From: Neoechinorhynchus agilis
Lineage: Eukaryota; Animalia; Acanthocephala
Direction of reading: 5' to 3'
DNA: 64,000 nt
Assembly (NCBI GenBank): GCA_051530055.1
Contig: CM121343.1
Span: 1,706,389 to 1,770,388 of the forward strand
Shown: one piece after another, positions 52,520-64,000 of the stretch
How the letters are laid out: each line of letters begins with the position of its first letter
How positions within the stretch are numbered: position 1 is the first letter of the stretch
The notes under the pieces: model-generated
Databases searched by the model: none
Seen by the model: only the letters and a program-made list of their open reading frames with translations
What the model was told of the DNA's origin: nothing
Position numbers and translations under genes: made by a program

Positions 52520-54050
52520 ACCCGATTGCCCCAAAAAGCAAGGAACAATCGCCACAGCATAATGCTCTAATTCGTATAGCTTTGGTAATGTTATAATGAC
52601 GGGTCCGTGGGAAAGAGACCGTTTTCCTCTTCATTTACCCGAACAGCAATTCGTCCCTCGATGTTTCAGGAGTCCGTGAAGTGGCAAAATGCCGCTCTAC
52701 ATTTTAAATTCATCTCAAGATTGATGCCGGCGGATCAATCAATGCAGAATTTTTAACCTCGGAAAGTGGTTAGTCGCAACAACACCAGGAAAAGCGAAAT
52801 TGGAAGAAATAGAAGATTGAACTCGTTCTTTTATGTACAGTATCAAAGAACGGATGAGCCGGAATCTCACATCCAATTCCGTGACTCGATCGACGGTTGC
52901 GTGATAGACGTCCAAAACTTGATGTTAACGTTGCTATCCTGTAGCTGACCGAGTACGGATGAAAATAAGGAATAAGCGATAATGATTCTCTATTAAAGAG
53001 TCTACAAGTACAAAGCTGAAATACGAAGAAATATAAATTTAGTCCACCAGCAGAATTCATGGATTTACTATCTCTCCAATGAGGAATAAGCGATAATGAT
53101 TCTCTACCAAAGAGTCTACAAGTACAAAGCTGAAATACGAAGAAATATAAACTTAGTCCACCAGGAGAATTCATGGATCCACTACATCACCAATCAGGAA
53201 TAAGCGATAATGATTCTCTATTAAAGAGTCTACAAGTACAAAGCTGAAATACGAAGAAATATAAATTTAATCCACCAGGAGAATTCATGGATACACTGCC
53301 TCTCCAATCAGGAATAAGCGATAATGATTTCTATTAAAGAGTCTACAAGTACAAAACTGAAATACGAAGAAATATAAATTTAATCCACCAGAGAATTCAT
53401 GGATATCTCTCCAATCAGAATAAGCGATAATGATTTCTATTAAAGAGTCTACAAGTACAAAGCTGAAATACGAAGAAATATAAATTTAATCCACCAGGAG
53501 AATTCATGGATACACTGCCTCTCCAATCAGGAATAAGCGATAATGATTATCTATTAAAGAGTCTACAAGTACAAAGCTGAAATACGAAGAAATATAAATT
53601 TAATCCACCAGGAGAATTCATGGATTTACTATCTCTCCAATCAGGAATAAGCGATAATGATTATCTATTAAAGAGTCTACAAGTACAAAGCTGAAATACG
53701 AAGAAATATAAATTTAATCCACCAGGAGAATTCATGGATACACTGCCTCTCCAATCAGGAATAAGCGATAATGATTATCTATTAAAGAGTCTACAAGTAC
53801 AAAGCTGAAATACGAAGAAATATAAATTTAATCCACCAGGAGAATTCATGGATTTACTATCTCTCCAATCAAGAATAAGCGATAATGATTCTCTATTAAA
53901 GAGTCTACAAGTACAAAGCTGAAATACGAAGAAATGTAAATTTAATCCACCAGGAGAATTCATGGATACACTACCTCGCCAATGAGGAATAAGCGATAAT
54001 GATTCTCTATTAAAGATTCTACGAGCACAAAGCTGAAATACGAAGAAATA
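52520..54050 (-). repeat. Inverted second copy of the ~450-bp flank (52520-52965) plus about 9.5 units of the 114-bp satellite
   Basis: Reverse complement of the 3' part of the 1330-5034 block. Confidence 0.95.
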
Positions 54051-54099
54051 GGAAAAGCGACCGTTTCCATATAAATAATTGGTGTCTTCGGAGGAAAAT

Positions 54100-54205
54100 A
54101 TACTTTCTTTTGGTAGTTTTGCCACCTCGGATTTAAATTCACTAATTTATTTCCCCGATATTACAGGCCGAATAATTCCGACATTTTTCCAAGATCATCT
54201 AAAAT
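54100..54205 (-). mobile_element. Single arm of the 62105-62320 palindrome family
   Basis: TTTCTTTTGGTAGTTTTGCCACCTCGGATTTAAATTCACTAATTTATTTCCCCGATATT matches the reverse complement of ~62270-62335. Confidence 0.8.
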
Positions 54206-54459
54206 ATGTTAAAGTATTAAATCCTTTCAGATGATCGCCAATAAACCAATGAATTTAAATCGCTGTGGGGATAACTACCAAAAGAAAATGAATAATTGGA
54301 TTACGCTCAAAAGTATATGAAAGAATCGTATACCTCAATTGATCATGAACCGATGAAGAAAATCTTAATAGGTCAAAAGGCTTTATTTTTTATATGACGG
54401 GGTTTGTGTGTGATCGGTGTAGATTTATAAGGTTCCATGGTTATTTTTTTGTAGATTCG

Positions 54460-56739
54460 ATGTGTTCAAAACTCGTCCAGCTCCCGTTTCACTATATTCG
54501 ACGAACCCTAGCCGCCGATTCAATAAAACGACGGGTTAATCGATGTTCGCCGATCGTTGAGAAAGTTACGAATATCGGCATTGTTGCACACGTGGATGCC
54601 GGTAAGACCACAATGACGGAACGGATGTTGTTCAACTGTGGTTCTATTCGAGTGATGGGTGACGTGGATAACGGAGACACTATTACGGATTGTCTCTCAG
54701 AAGAAAGGGAACGTGGGATTAGCATTCAGTCGGCCGCAGTCAGAATGTCTTGGAAGAAGAATATCATAAATTTAATAGATACTCCGGGTCACGTGGACTT
54801 CATGATGGAGGTACAACGGTCTTTGATGGCACTCGAAAGCGTAATCGTGGTGGTTGATTCGACTGCCGGTGTACAAGCCCAGACTCGGACTGTGTGGAAT
54901 CAAGCAAAAGACAAATCCAAGATCGTTTTTTTAAATAAAATCGATTTACTTGGCGATCAAGTAATGCGAGGTGTTACTGCTTGCATGCAATCTCTTGAAG
55001 AGGCTTTTTATGGTCAAAATCCGGTTTTAATACACGATCATCGAATTACAAGAAATTGAATATCTTTCATCTGAGATATTCAGTTCGTAACGATTTGATG
55101 GAAAACAATGAAAGCCCACTTCTAAGAACTCAGATGATTGATCGCTTAGCTCAAAACGACGATGAGCTCTCTTCTCGAATTATTCAAGGATCTTTAGAGT
55201 ACGCTGATTGCTCCGATGAAACATGTCAAATGCTTCGCTCCACACTTAAAACGCAAGTTCTCAAACGAAAATCTTATCCTGTTCTTATCGGTAGTGCTAT
55301 GAATAATATAGGCGTTTCCCAACTTCTAGACGCTGTTTGCCACTATTTTCCACTTAATAATGAAGTGGATCACATACTCGAGGGGTCGCCGAGATTCCGT
55401 GTCTTCAAAATTAAACACTTGCATCGAGACACCTTCGGTCTCTTTGCTAGAGTTGAGGGAAACGTGAAACGCTTCCCAAAGAAATACAAGAACCTTCAAT
55501 TAATAAGTCACTATTATAAACGACGATTGACTCTATCTCAAATGTACTTTCCCTATTCAGATGAACTCGAACCTATCAACTCTACCATTTCATCTGGTGA
55601 CATTGTAGTCCTTGATGTTGGTGAATGGAGCAAATTGATTAGAGTCGGCGATGTTCTTTCTTTAAGTGGTGCTCATATACCGGAGGAAACGGTGGTAAGT
55701 TCGAGAACACATCCAGTATTTATGTGCTCAATTGAGCCCATGGCTTCGGGAGATGCTTCTAAACTCTCCAATGCGTTGAAAATTTTGACCACTGAGGATG
55801 ACAGTGTTGAATTGAACATTGAAGACGATCAGTTTATTCTATATCGCATCCATGTGGATTCGTACTTGGGATTTTAGGATTCACGTGTATAAATTGTTTG
55901 AAATTGATTGCAGATCCACGTCACATTAAACAACCAATGTTTGGATCAAGACAGTCAAATCATTATCAGATATATCTTGAAGGATCATAAAATTCCTAGA
56001 CTTAAGCCGAAGGAAACCAGTTTCATGCCTTAGGAATCCACCTGGTTGTCGGAATACAATGGGCGAGCTCCACTTATCTATCATACGCAGTCGACTTAAG
56101 CGCGAATTCGGAGTAGAGACGACTACATGTTCACTTCGAGTCAAACGCTTTGAAATTCCTTCTAAAATTGCTGATCATAGGTTATATTTTGGTGGTAATA
56201 GCAACTTTGTGCATCTATTGATAGAGCCCGACGAACAAATAGAATCAATACGGAAGTTCAATGAAGTAACTATACGCCAGTCTACAGACAATCCGATGAA
56301 TGACCTAACGAAACAGTGCATCGATTTAGTCAATCACGGTATTCGCAGTGCCCTGTCAAGTGGTCCAGTGAACCGGGATCAAGTAGTCAACACCAGTGTC
56401 TATCTATTAGGAATTCATTGCCCCCGCCCATCGAATCAGCTATCGTTCGCTGCGTCTTCATGTGTAAGAACATGTCTACAGATAGCTGAATGCCGTTTGT
56501 TGGCACCATTGGCTAAGATCCACGTCGATTTGGCAGTAAAATCTGATGTTGTACAAAAGAATGTCTTAAACGTGTTATTCAATCGTGGATTAACTGTTTT
56601 GAAAATCGAACATGGTCGATATGTGCTTGCCCGAGGTCCTTTGGAACGCGTTGGTGATATTTGCAGTGAGTTACGATCCGCATCGAAAGGCGACGCTTTT
56701 GCTTTTATAGAAATCGACGGTTATGACCATTCTTTTTAA
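54460..56739 (+). CDS. GFM2: Mitochondrial ribosome-releasing factor 2 (EF-G2mt); probable 29-nt intron (55024-55052) and an inserted element at 55847-56048
   Basis: NIGIVAHVDAGKTTMTERMLF, ERERGISIQSAA, INLIDTPGHVDF, NKID, PVLIGSAMNNIGVSQLLDAV, PVFMCSIEP, MGELHLSII; N-terminal transit-like peptide. Confidence 0.87.
55847..56048. mobile_element. MITE-like insertion inside GFM2 coding sequence
   Basis: Imperfect TIR CATCCATGTGGATTC / GAATCCACCTGGTTG with a further internal inverted match, flanked by TCG direct repeats. Confidence 0.62.
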
Positions 56740-56811
56740 TAAATACATTCGCCTTCGATTTTATTTTCAATACGTCTAAATGGAATTTTTGAGTTTATTT
56801 TAGATAACAAA

Positions 56812-59411
56812 ATGAAGTATATAGTCGTTTGTGGAGCTGTAATCAGCGGATTGGGGAAAGGTGTCATCATTTCAAGCATTGGGTTAATATTGAAATCTTA
56901 CGGTTACCGAATAACCGCAATCAAAATTGATCCCTATATTAATATAGACGCTGGTACATTTTCGCCATACGAACACGGTGAGGTGTTTGTGCTCAATGAT
57001 GGTTCAGAAGTCGACCTTGACCTCGGCAATTATGAACGATTTCTCGATTTGGAACTAAGTTCAATCAATAACATAACTACTGGTAAAATATACAAAAACG
57101 TAATCGAACGTGAACGCAAAGGTGATTATCTTGGGAAGACCGTACAAGTGATTCCTCATATTACTGATGCAATTCAGAGTTGGATTGCACATGCGAGTGA
57201 AATTCCGTGTGATGAATCAGGCGACATTATGCCCGACATTTGCCTAATTGAGTTAGGTGGCACCACTGGCGATATAGAGAGTATGCCATTCATCGAAGCC
57301 TTGCGCCAGTATCAAGGAAGAGTGGGTAGATGCAATTTCTGTATTATAATGGTCAGTCTATTGCCTTACTTAAAGACAACCGGTGAGGCAAAGACAAAAC
57401 CTACTCAAGAAGCTATAAGGATTATTCGGGGCCTTGGCTTAGCTCCAGATATTATAATCGCCCGTTGTGAGGTCGGAATTAGTCGGGATATTAATCAAAA
57501 AATTTCCATGTTCTGCGACGTACCCCTCGATTGCGTTGTTTGCGTGCCTGATCAAAAGAATATTTTTCAAGTACCACTGCTTCTCGAAGAAAATTTCAAG
57601 ATTTCATCGAAAATATTGAAAAGGCTTCATATGCCTGTTCAAGCCAACATCAAAAATGGTCCACAAAGCTTTGAAAAGTGGCATGAATTGGTCAGACGAA
57701 CTGAAGGGATCGAAAACATGAAAAGCGTAACAATAGGACTGGTTGGTAAATACACCGAATTTCGAGATGCCTACACAAGTGTCATCAAAGCTTTAGAACA
57801 TGCATCTATCCTGTGTTCACGGAAATTAATCTCGAGGTTCCCTGACACAATTTTATTGAGGGAGACCCACACTTTGATTTATTGTATTTTGACATTGAAG
57901 GATTTCAGAGTTCTTGGCGATTAAGCACAATTGTGTTTTCTCTGATAAAGGTCCCAATACATTTCTAAAACTTTTGTTTTCTGTAATTGAAGAACGATTC
58001 AGTGAATAACGATATCTATTTATATTTTGTATATTTTTGGTGAAAATACTCCCGGTAATAGCATATTTGATTTATTTGAGATATTTCGAAGGAGGTGACC
58101 TCGCCTCGTCAGTCATCTAAAAATATGTTTTTCATATTCAGGTTTTAAGGGGATCGCCAAACCTGAGGTTCGGGGACAATTATCCGTTCTGGCCCCTGTG
58201 CTTTTCACCAAAATTATACTTTGACTAGCCCAAAAGATTTTCTATCGATGATTTATATTTTGCTTTCCCAACGAATTGAATATCTTACACAATCGCAAGT
58301 TTGCCACTTGAAATAACTGTTTAAATCATTGCCTTTTTTCGGAAATCATCATTTTACATATACAAAACAATGCTCACATACGCATCAAAAGGCTTAAGTC
58401 GTAGGAGACCCTCATATCGTTCATTCCACCCTACGAATAATAGAAAATCCACCTGAATTACACACTTTTATATGAACTGATGTAAAGGGGTTTTCAATAT
58501 CAGTTTCTTGATGCAGGTTCTGAGTTAGCCACCTCGAAATCACGGGTCTTATGAGCTGCCAAATGCAGCAACTAACGTGAAATCGGATGTTGATGTAGGC
58601 AGGTTTTGGAGGCGGCGTGAATCGTCGTTGCATGTAGGATTCCTGACCTTTTCGCTTTCAAAGGGTGTCTTGAATCTCAGGAACAGACTTGATAATGATC
58701 AAATCTACGGAACTTGAAGAATCGAATTGTGGTAACGCTTGGAAAATGTTGCAATCATGTGACGGAATAATAGTTCCCGGCGGTTTTGGATCGCGCGGGA
58801 TAGAAGGAAAGATTCTTGCCATTGAGCACGCCAGATTGAAAAAAGTCCCATTCTTAGGAATATGTCTTGGATTCCAATGTGCTGTTATAGAGTACTGTAG
58901 AAATGTTTTAAATATGAAATCAGCTAATACCACGGAAATCGATCCTAATTGTGGCGATCCAGTAATCATTGAGATGCCCGAACATAATCCGGAGGTGAAG
59001 GGAGCGACTATGCGTTTGGGACGTAAGACCTCACAATTTATAGTTGCAGATTCAATCAGTCAGAATCTGTACATGAAATCACATTTTCTCGTAGAAGGAA
59101 AGTACATTGAAGAAAGACACCGCCACCGATATGAGGTGAATCCAGAGTATATTGAACGTATTCACGACGCCGGAATGAAATTTGTAGCTGCTAGTTTAGA
59201 CAAAAAACGAATGGAAATTCTTGAGCTAGAGAAACACCGGCATCCTTATTTCATAGCGACACAGTTCCATCCGGAATATTTGAGCAGACCAATTAAGCCT
59301 TCTCCACTATACGCCGGTTTTATTGCCCATTCAACACAAATGTCAACTAAGAAACTTCATTTCAACTACTCTGACATTAACTTACATAATAACTTGGAAA
59401 GTTTATCTTGA
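56812..59411 (+). CDS. CTPS1: CTP synthase, interrupted once (~57829-58685)
   Basis: MKYIVVCGAVISGLGKG, KIDPYINIDAGTFSPYEHGEVFVLNDGSEVDLDLGNYERF, GLVGKYT, VPGGFGSRGIEGKI, LGICLGFQ, ERHRHRYEVNP, TQFHPEY. Confidence 0.95.
58030..58140 (-). mobile_element. Solo terminal repeat of the 35740-37345 Penelope family with a hammerhead motif, in the CTPS interruption
   Basis: Minus strand TGA-CTGACGA-G-GCGAGG-TCA-CCTCCTTC-GAA-ATAT-C-TCA, then CAAATATGCTATTACCGGGAGTATTTTCACCAAAA, identical to the tail of 37241-37345. Confidence 0.85.
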
Positions 59412-59749
59412 CCGCAGCTCAGATATGAATTGGTAAATAAATCGTCAATTTCTATTAGTTTTGACCGCTATGATCGACGACGATATTTCTTCGTACAGCG
59501 ATGGTAATCAAAGATTAATAAAGATAAGTTTAAAACGATCAGTTTATACCAATTTCTCTTTACCTCACTTCTTTAAATCTGTTAAAAAAGAAAATATATT
59601 TTTTGCAAATTTGTTCTGGTTCCTCTTCTTTCTTCATTAATAGAACGTGTTATTATTATAACCAATTGCGCCGAGTTTAAAGCTAATTTTTTAATAGTTT
59701 GGGACTCACCAATGGTAGCGAGAATTCATAACTCTTTAATTTCAGATTC

Positions 59750-60270
59750 TTGTTACCTGGTGAACCGAACTCGATTGGCGGCAGTCTCTACAAGAGAATC
59801 GGGTGCTTGGCTCAACGCTATCCAAATCGGTCCCTGAGACTTGGGTACCGATGTGCACATCTCATCGCTGCCGTTGCGGAGCGACCGTGGAACCGTCGGG
59901 ACGCCATGGTCTCGTCTGTCGGCAATCAGGTGGAAGGTACTCACGACACGCCGAAGTCAACGCAATTCTTAGACATGCCCTGAATACTGTGAATGCGGCC
60001 AACATCCTAGAGCCGAGAAATCTTTGCCGACTCGATAGCCGTAGACCGGACGGTGTCACAGTATTCTCGTGGCGAGAAGGAAAATGTTTTCTTTGGGACG
60101 CCACGCTGGAAGCCAGCAACATAAAATTCGCCGCCATTAAACCAGAGGGAGCAGCAACCGCCGCTTAGGAACGCAAAATACAGGGGCCTGAGTCGAAATC
60201 ATTATTTTGTTCCCTTTATCGTCGAGACGCTCGGGCAGGAACTGGTCAAGATCCAGAGCGGTGGTGTCGT
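59750..60270 (+). mobile_element. CRE-like non-LTR retrotransposon fragment (zinc finger + restriction-like endonuclease)
   Basis: SGAWLNA, CRCGATVEPSGRHGLVC, SRHAEVNAIL, RRPDGVTVFSWREGKCFLWDAT; ends with CCAGAGCGGTGGTG. Confidence 0.85.
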
Positions 60271-61004
60271 CAATTGGGCGTCTATACGATTTAGCCAGGG
60301 AGAACTAATGCTTATTGACCAGATTTAGTTTTTCCTCGCGAAGGCTCTTTTTTAAAAGAGAAACGCCTAAGTCATTCACATATTTTTTTATTCGTAGTTT
60401 TAGCATATTCGAGTTTTGTTGCAAAACCCAAAACTCTAATTCATGCAAAAGCTTTTTTGTTCATCCCCCGCACCCCCGGGCACGTATTGTTTTATTATTT
60501 AAAAACATTTTTAAATTTACGATGCTCTCGACACACTGGAAGCACTATAGAATGTCTTTAGTAATACTTTTTGAATCAATGTTTTGTCGATAAAATTTCT
60601 AGGAGTCATAAAATTAGAGTTACCCAGAAAACACGAAAATGTCCGTCATTTGACGTCTCAAAATAGTCAAACTGTAAACTGTTGGAGAGGGAAAAGATTA
60701 TTCAAGGTAGCGAGAGTTATAAAGGCGTTGAAAGTCTATTCCTTAATATACCTTCAATCCCCTCAAAATCGTAACTTTTGCCTCCCTTAACTTGCATCGG
60801 ATGCATGCAAAGTGCTTTCGAGATGTTGCTTAAGTTTAAATTTTAACGGCAGTGTGAGAACCTGAGTTAATTCTCAAAAGACGTCAAATTGCCACCAGGA
60901 GAGATGAGGGCATTAGAATGCGAAGCAAGCAAGTTTGTCCTTTTATCCAGCTAAGACTCACACACTTTCTCCTCAACTAAGGACGACCCTTTAATTATTT
61001 CCAA

Positions 61005-61865
61005 TCAATTATGCTGGATGCGTAATCTGCCATGATCAAATGCCTGCACGAATTTCGCGGCTTGGATCCAGCCTGCATATTCTCCCCAAATCTTCCTATA
61101 ATGCGCAGAGATAATATCGTAGCTCTTGTTCGTTAAACTCCTAGGAACTTTCAACGACTTGAAAGTATCTTCTGCATACTTGCGCATGTGAGTGTCGATG
61201 GGTACAACGTGCCACTTCCTCATGCTCATCAGGAGAATGCAATCAGCTACCTATGTGATTTTTAGAGGGTATTCTTAAGCGATTCGACTAACTTTAAGCC
61301 CGACTCCAGGAATTTTCAGCAGTTGTCGTCGTGCATCCTCATGATTCATTTCACTAACTTCCTCCAGGAATTTTCTATCAGGCGGACACTGCTTATTGAG
61401 ACACCAATCACGTAGTGTCCGTTTTTCTACCGCCTCGGTTGTATATATAGCGAGCAGCGTTGTTAATAAGTTTAGCTCTGTAGCCAAACGAGTGCTTTTT
61501 TAATCCAGGGATTACATCAGGCCGGGATAATCTCTCTAGAGAGAAATGTATCATCGGCTAAGAATTGAAAACTAACCGATTTCTGGGAAATTGTGCAACT
61601 TAAAGGACTGTAAATCTCCTGGAAAAGTAATACAGCCATCTCCGTACTCGGAGCATAAAGTGTTTACCATTCGTCGAATACGTTTCGCGTTGTTGTTAGC
61701 AGAACAAATAAAAGTGAAAACGCATTCAACTGGGTCCGTGGACAATACCCGTACTCCATACTGGACGCATTTCTCACAATCGACGGAAACATCAAGACTA
61801 AGATAGTGGCACAGATTATTTTCGCACGATTTAGCTTCAAGTGACTTAATTAATAGCTTGTTCAT
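61005..61865 (-). CDS. OGG1: 8-oxoguanine DNA glycosylase; introns 61536-61576 (41 nt) and 61251-61292 (42 nt)
   Basis: DPVECVFTFICSANNNAKRI, FPEI|ERL...FGYRAKLI, HhH-GPD motif LKIPGVGLK|VADCILLMSMRKWHVVPIDTH, GEYAGWIQA. Confidence 0.92.
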
Positions 61866-62104
61866 TGTATTTAATTTGATAGAAGTTCCAAAAAGAAACA
61901 CTGATAATCTCATCGACCTTTTACAAGTTTAAAACCATTGGAGCAGCAATAAAACCGTACTCAGAAAATCATAAGTATTTTTCTTATCGTTCTTTTTGAT
62001 AATCAAGACCGCAAATGTCTGTTGTATTTACGTTTTACAGTAACGATAGGTGCCGGACGCATGCTTGAGAAAAGTTTAATGCTAGCGATTGTTGTCCGAA
62101 ATAA

Positions 62105-62320
62105 ACCACCACCTCGGATTTGAATTCACTGATTTATTGCCGATATTTCACGTCGGATAATTCTGACATTTTCCTAAGATCTGTCATTGTTAAAGTGTTA
62201 AATTCGCACTTGAGCGTCTCACTTTTAAAAATGACAAACCTTGGAAAAATGTCGGAATTATCAGACGTGAAATATCGGGGAAATAAATTAGTGAATTTAA
62301 ATCCGGGGTGGCAAAACTAC
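62105..62320. mobile_element. Outward-facing palindrome with a degenerate hammerhead-like motif
   Basis: CCTCGGATTTGAATTCACTGATTTATT..GATATTTCACGTC / GACGTGAAATATC..AATAAATTAGTGAATTTAAATCCGGGG; right arm TTGGAAA-A-ATGTC..GACGT-GAA-ATAT-C. Confidence 0.75.
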
Positions 62321-62399
62321 CAAAAGAAAGTATATTTTCCCCTGAAGATAATAATCCAAGAAACCTAGTACCGTTGCAACCGTCTTTCAAACGATGCTC

Positions 62400-62700
62400 A
62401 CCGAACCATATACTCAATCAGGTTCGACAAGACCGACGTCCACCGTATCGAAAATTCCATCGACTGATAAAAGAGTCGATATTTATATTGAAATGGAAAA
62501 ACACGATGGAAGGGAACAATGCAAAAGTTTCCCTCCAATTACCTGTAGTTGGCCTAAATGCACACAAGGAAGTTGGTCTTCGTCTACGGGGTTGACGATC
62601 CCGGGTTCCCGAGTAGAGTTTGAACACCCCTATCCGGATTCTCAGATACCTCCTGAGGAGGCGGGACTCATCAGTGAGTTTCCTTCCTTCAGAGGTATGT
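62400..62700 (+). mobile_element. 3' fragment of another Penelope-like element (GIY-YIG C-terminus plus downstream hairpin)
   Basis: RLIKESIFILKWKNTMEGNNAKVSLQL parallels the frameshifted end of the 35985-36341 endonuclease (EALHIAVSNTMDGNKANFSLKL). Confidence 0.65.
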
Positions 62701-62892
62701 ATGAGATCGGTGTGGCGTCATACCAAAAAAACCGAGGACGGAATGTAATAATCTGATTCAAAAGACCCGGCTTGCCAGGAACATTTAAGAATGAATTGAT
62801 AAAATGACTCTGATTCAATCAGTCGAAGTTAATCCGCTCCTCTCGGGTGTCGACAAGCGACCTAAATAACAACAAAAAATAGTAAATTACTC

Positions 62893-62945
62893 CCTCGCAA
62901 TCCAACGAGGAAATGCGGTCAGCGTCCGGGGGACGATTTAATCTA
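62893..62945 (+). mobile_element. Extreme 3' end of CRE-like family A
   Basis: CCTCGCAATCCAACGAGGAAATGCGGTCAGCGTCCGGGGGACGATTTAATC identical to the reverse complement of ~14350-14400. Confidence 0.8.
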
Positions 62946-63479
62946 AAAGAGTAGAATATTAACTTAAGAAAGAGATTTTCGAATTACGAAATAGAAATAA
63001 TCTACGAAATAAAATTTTTTTTATAGTTTATTCAAAGAAAAAACGGTCACTTATGCATATTATCTTATGAAACACAGCTAATAAAGCAATTAAAAAAATT
63101 AATAAGAAAAATAATTTATAGATTCTTTGAACGATTTTGCGTGTGTTCGCGTAAATGAACAGACTACTGGAAACCAAACATTGTGTACTCTATGTATTGT
63201 TCCGATGTTCGGGTGACCAAATATGCCAAACCGTTAGCAATTGGACCAACAAAGCGTTCGTCGTCCAACTCAGTCCATCTAAAAGTTCACAAGTAGTCGG
63301 TGGAACCGTAATGCGATCAAACTACCTGAATGTTTGTCCTCCAAGTAAAGTTCGTCTCAGATCAAGAGAATCCGATCCTATTAGCAATGTCCCCTTCAAC
63401 ATATCTTAATGCGGAATTTGTAGAAGTGTTTGAAAAGCACCCACTAATTATTAATATGCCGGCTTAGACTGGCAAAATC

Positions 63480-64000
63480 ACCGCAGCGTGCCATTTAAAG
63501 GCTCCGGTTCTTTCTTCTTAAAGTATTGATGTTTGTATACAAATCCCTTGACAATTCGGAGCACTATCGAATCACCTACGATAACTACAAATCGCTCAAG
63601 TACCTTTCGTCTCACCAACGTTACCATTCTGTCGATTTTACAAAGTTCTTGTAATCAAACGGTGCTGGTTCTAAAATCATTCACTTTCTGGATATAGTTC
63701 TACAGCAACCAAAGATACCCCTTTCTTATAGTCATCTTTTAAACCATTGACAACGGCTTTCGGTGTGGGAAATTCCTCAGTTTTATAAACTCTGCGGATT
63801 TTATCCCATTCTAAGATGGGTTTTAATACCTCAACCTTCGAATCCAGCAAAGCGCGTCAATGCGTAACTTGGAAACTGTCGCTTTCGACCTCAAGTGAAC
63901 CTCATTTGAGTCTTGTACCGCCTGGGATCTGAAAAGGTGTCCGGATGTTTTACACTTCTCATAGTTGATGTTCGGATGAACGATGCTTTCCATCACATCT
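63480..64000 (-). CDS. Probable multi-exon coding region of unknown identity, entering from the window end
   Basis: Open stretches DVMESIVHPNINYEKCK... and VEVLKPILEWDKIRRVYKTEEFPTPK... separated by short GT-AG-like gaps; no family recognised. Confidence 0.35.

Noticed and set aside
55057-55082. 26-nt hairpin (TGAATATCT...AGATATTCA) whose exact removal restores the GFM2 frame; also considered programmed frameshifting
   Set aside because: A canonical 29-nt GT-AG intron explains the frame change, and similarly short introns occur elsewhere in the window.
61536-61583. Hairpin-bounded non-canonical intron in OGG1 (GAAATCGGTTAG...TAGCCGATGATACATTTC)
   Set aside because: Sliding by 7 nt gives a canonical 41-nt GT-AG intron with equally good alignment (FPEI|ERL).

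Overview
AT-rich, gene-dense window from a compact animal genome (species not determinable from sequence). It has very short GT-AG introns (28-55 nt) plus a few introns inflated by repeats. Recognisable genes: OLA1 (5' part), ANKLE2, CPEB, two LRR proteins, a Tctex-1 dynein light chain, GCSH, SGK3, a Rad21/Rec8 kleisin, a 1132-aa protein with three OTU-like domains, GFM2, CTP synthase and OGG1. Repeats: three satellites (114, 211 and 83 bp), several short tandem duplications, a decayed Penelope-like element (PLE; RT + GIY-YIG) with inverted termini, a Gypsy integrase remnant and many CRE-like non-LTR 3' ends. The main unexplained structure is a set of about ten short palindromes (150-320 bp) from several families. 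Their arms carry minimal type I hammerhead ribozyme (HHR) motifs, always pointing outward, the same geometry as the inverted termini of the PLE. One palindrome (52024-52236) has intact motifs on both strands, and one family has been amplified into the 211-bp satellite. Second signal: at least nine genes have a 3' splice acceptor 0-11 nt before the ATG, and some genes are spaced like operons, suggesting spliced-leader trans-splicing. GFM2 and CTPS each carry an insertion in a conserved motif that canonical splicing does not remove cleanly. All alignments and folds were done by eye; repeat boundaries are approximate.
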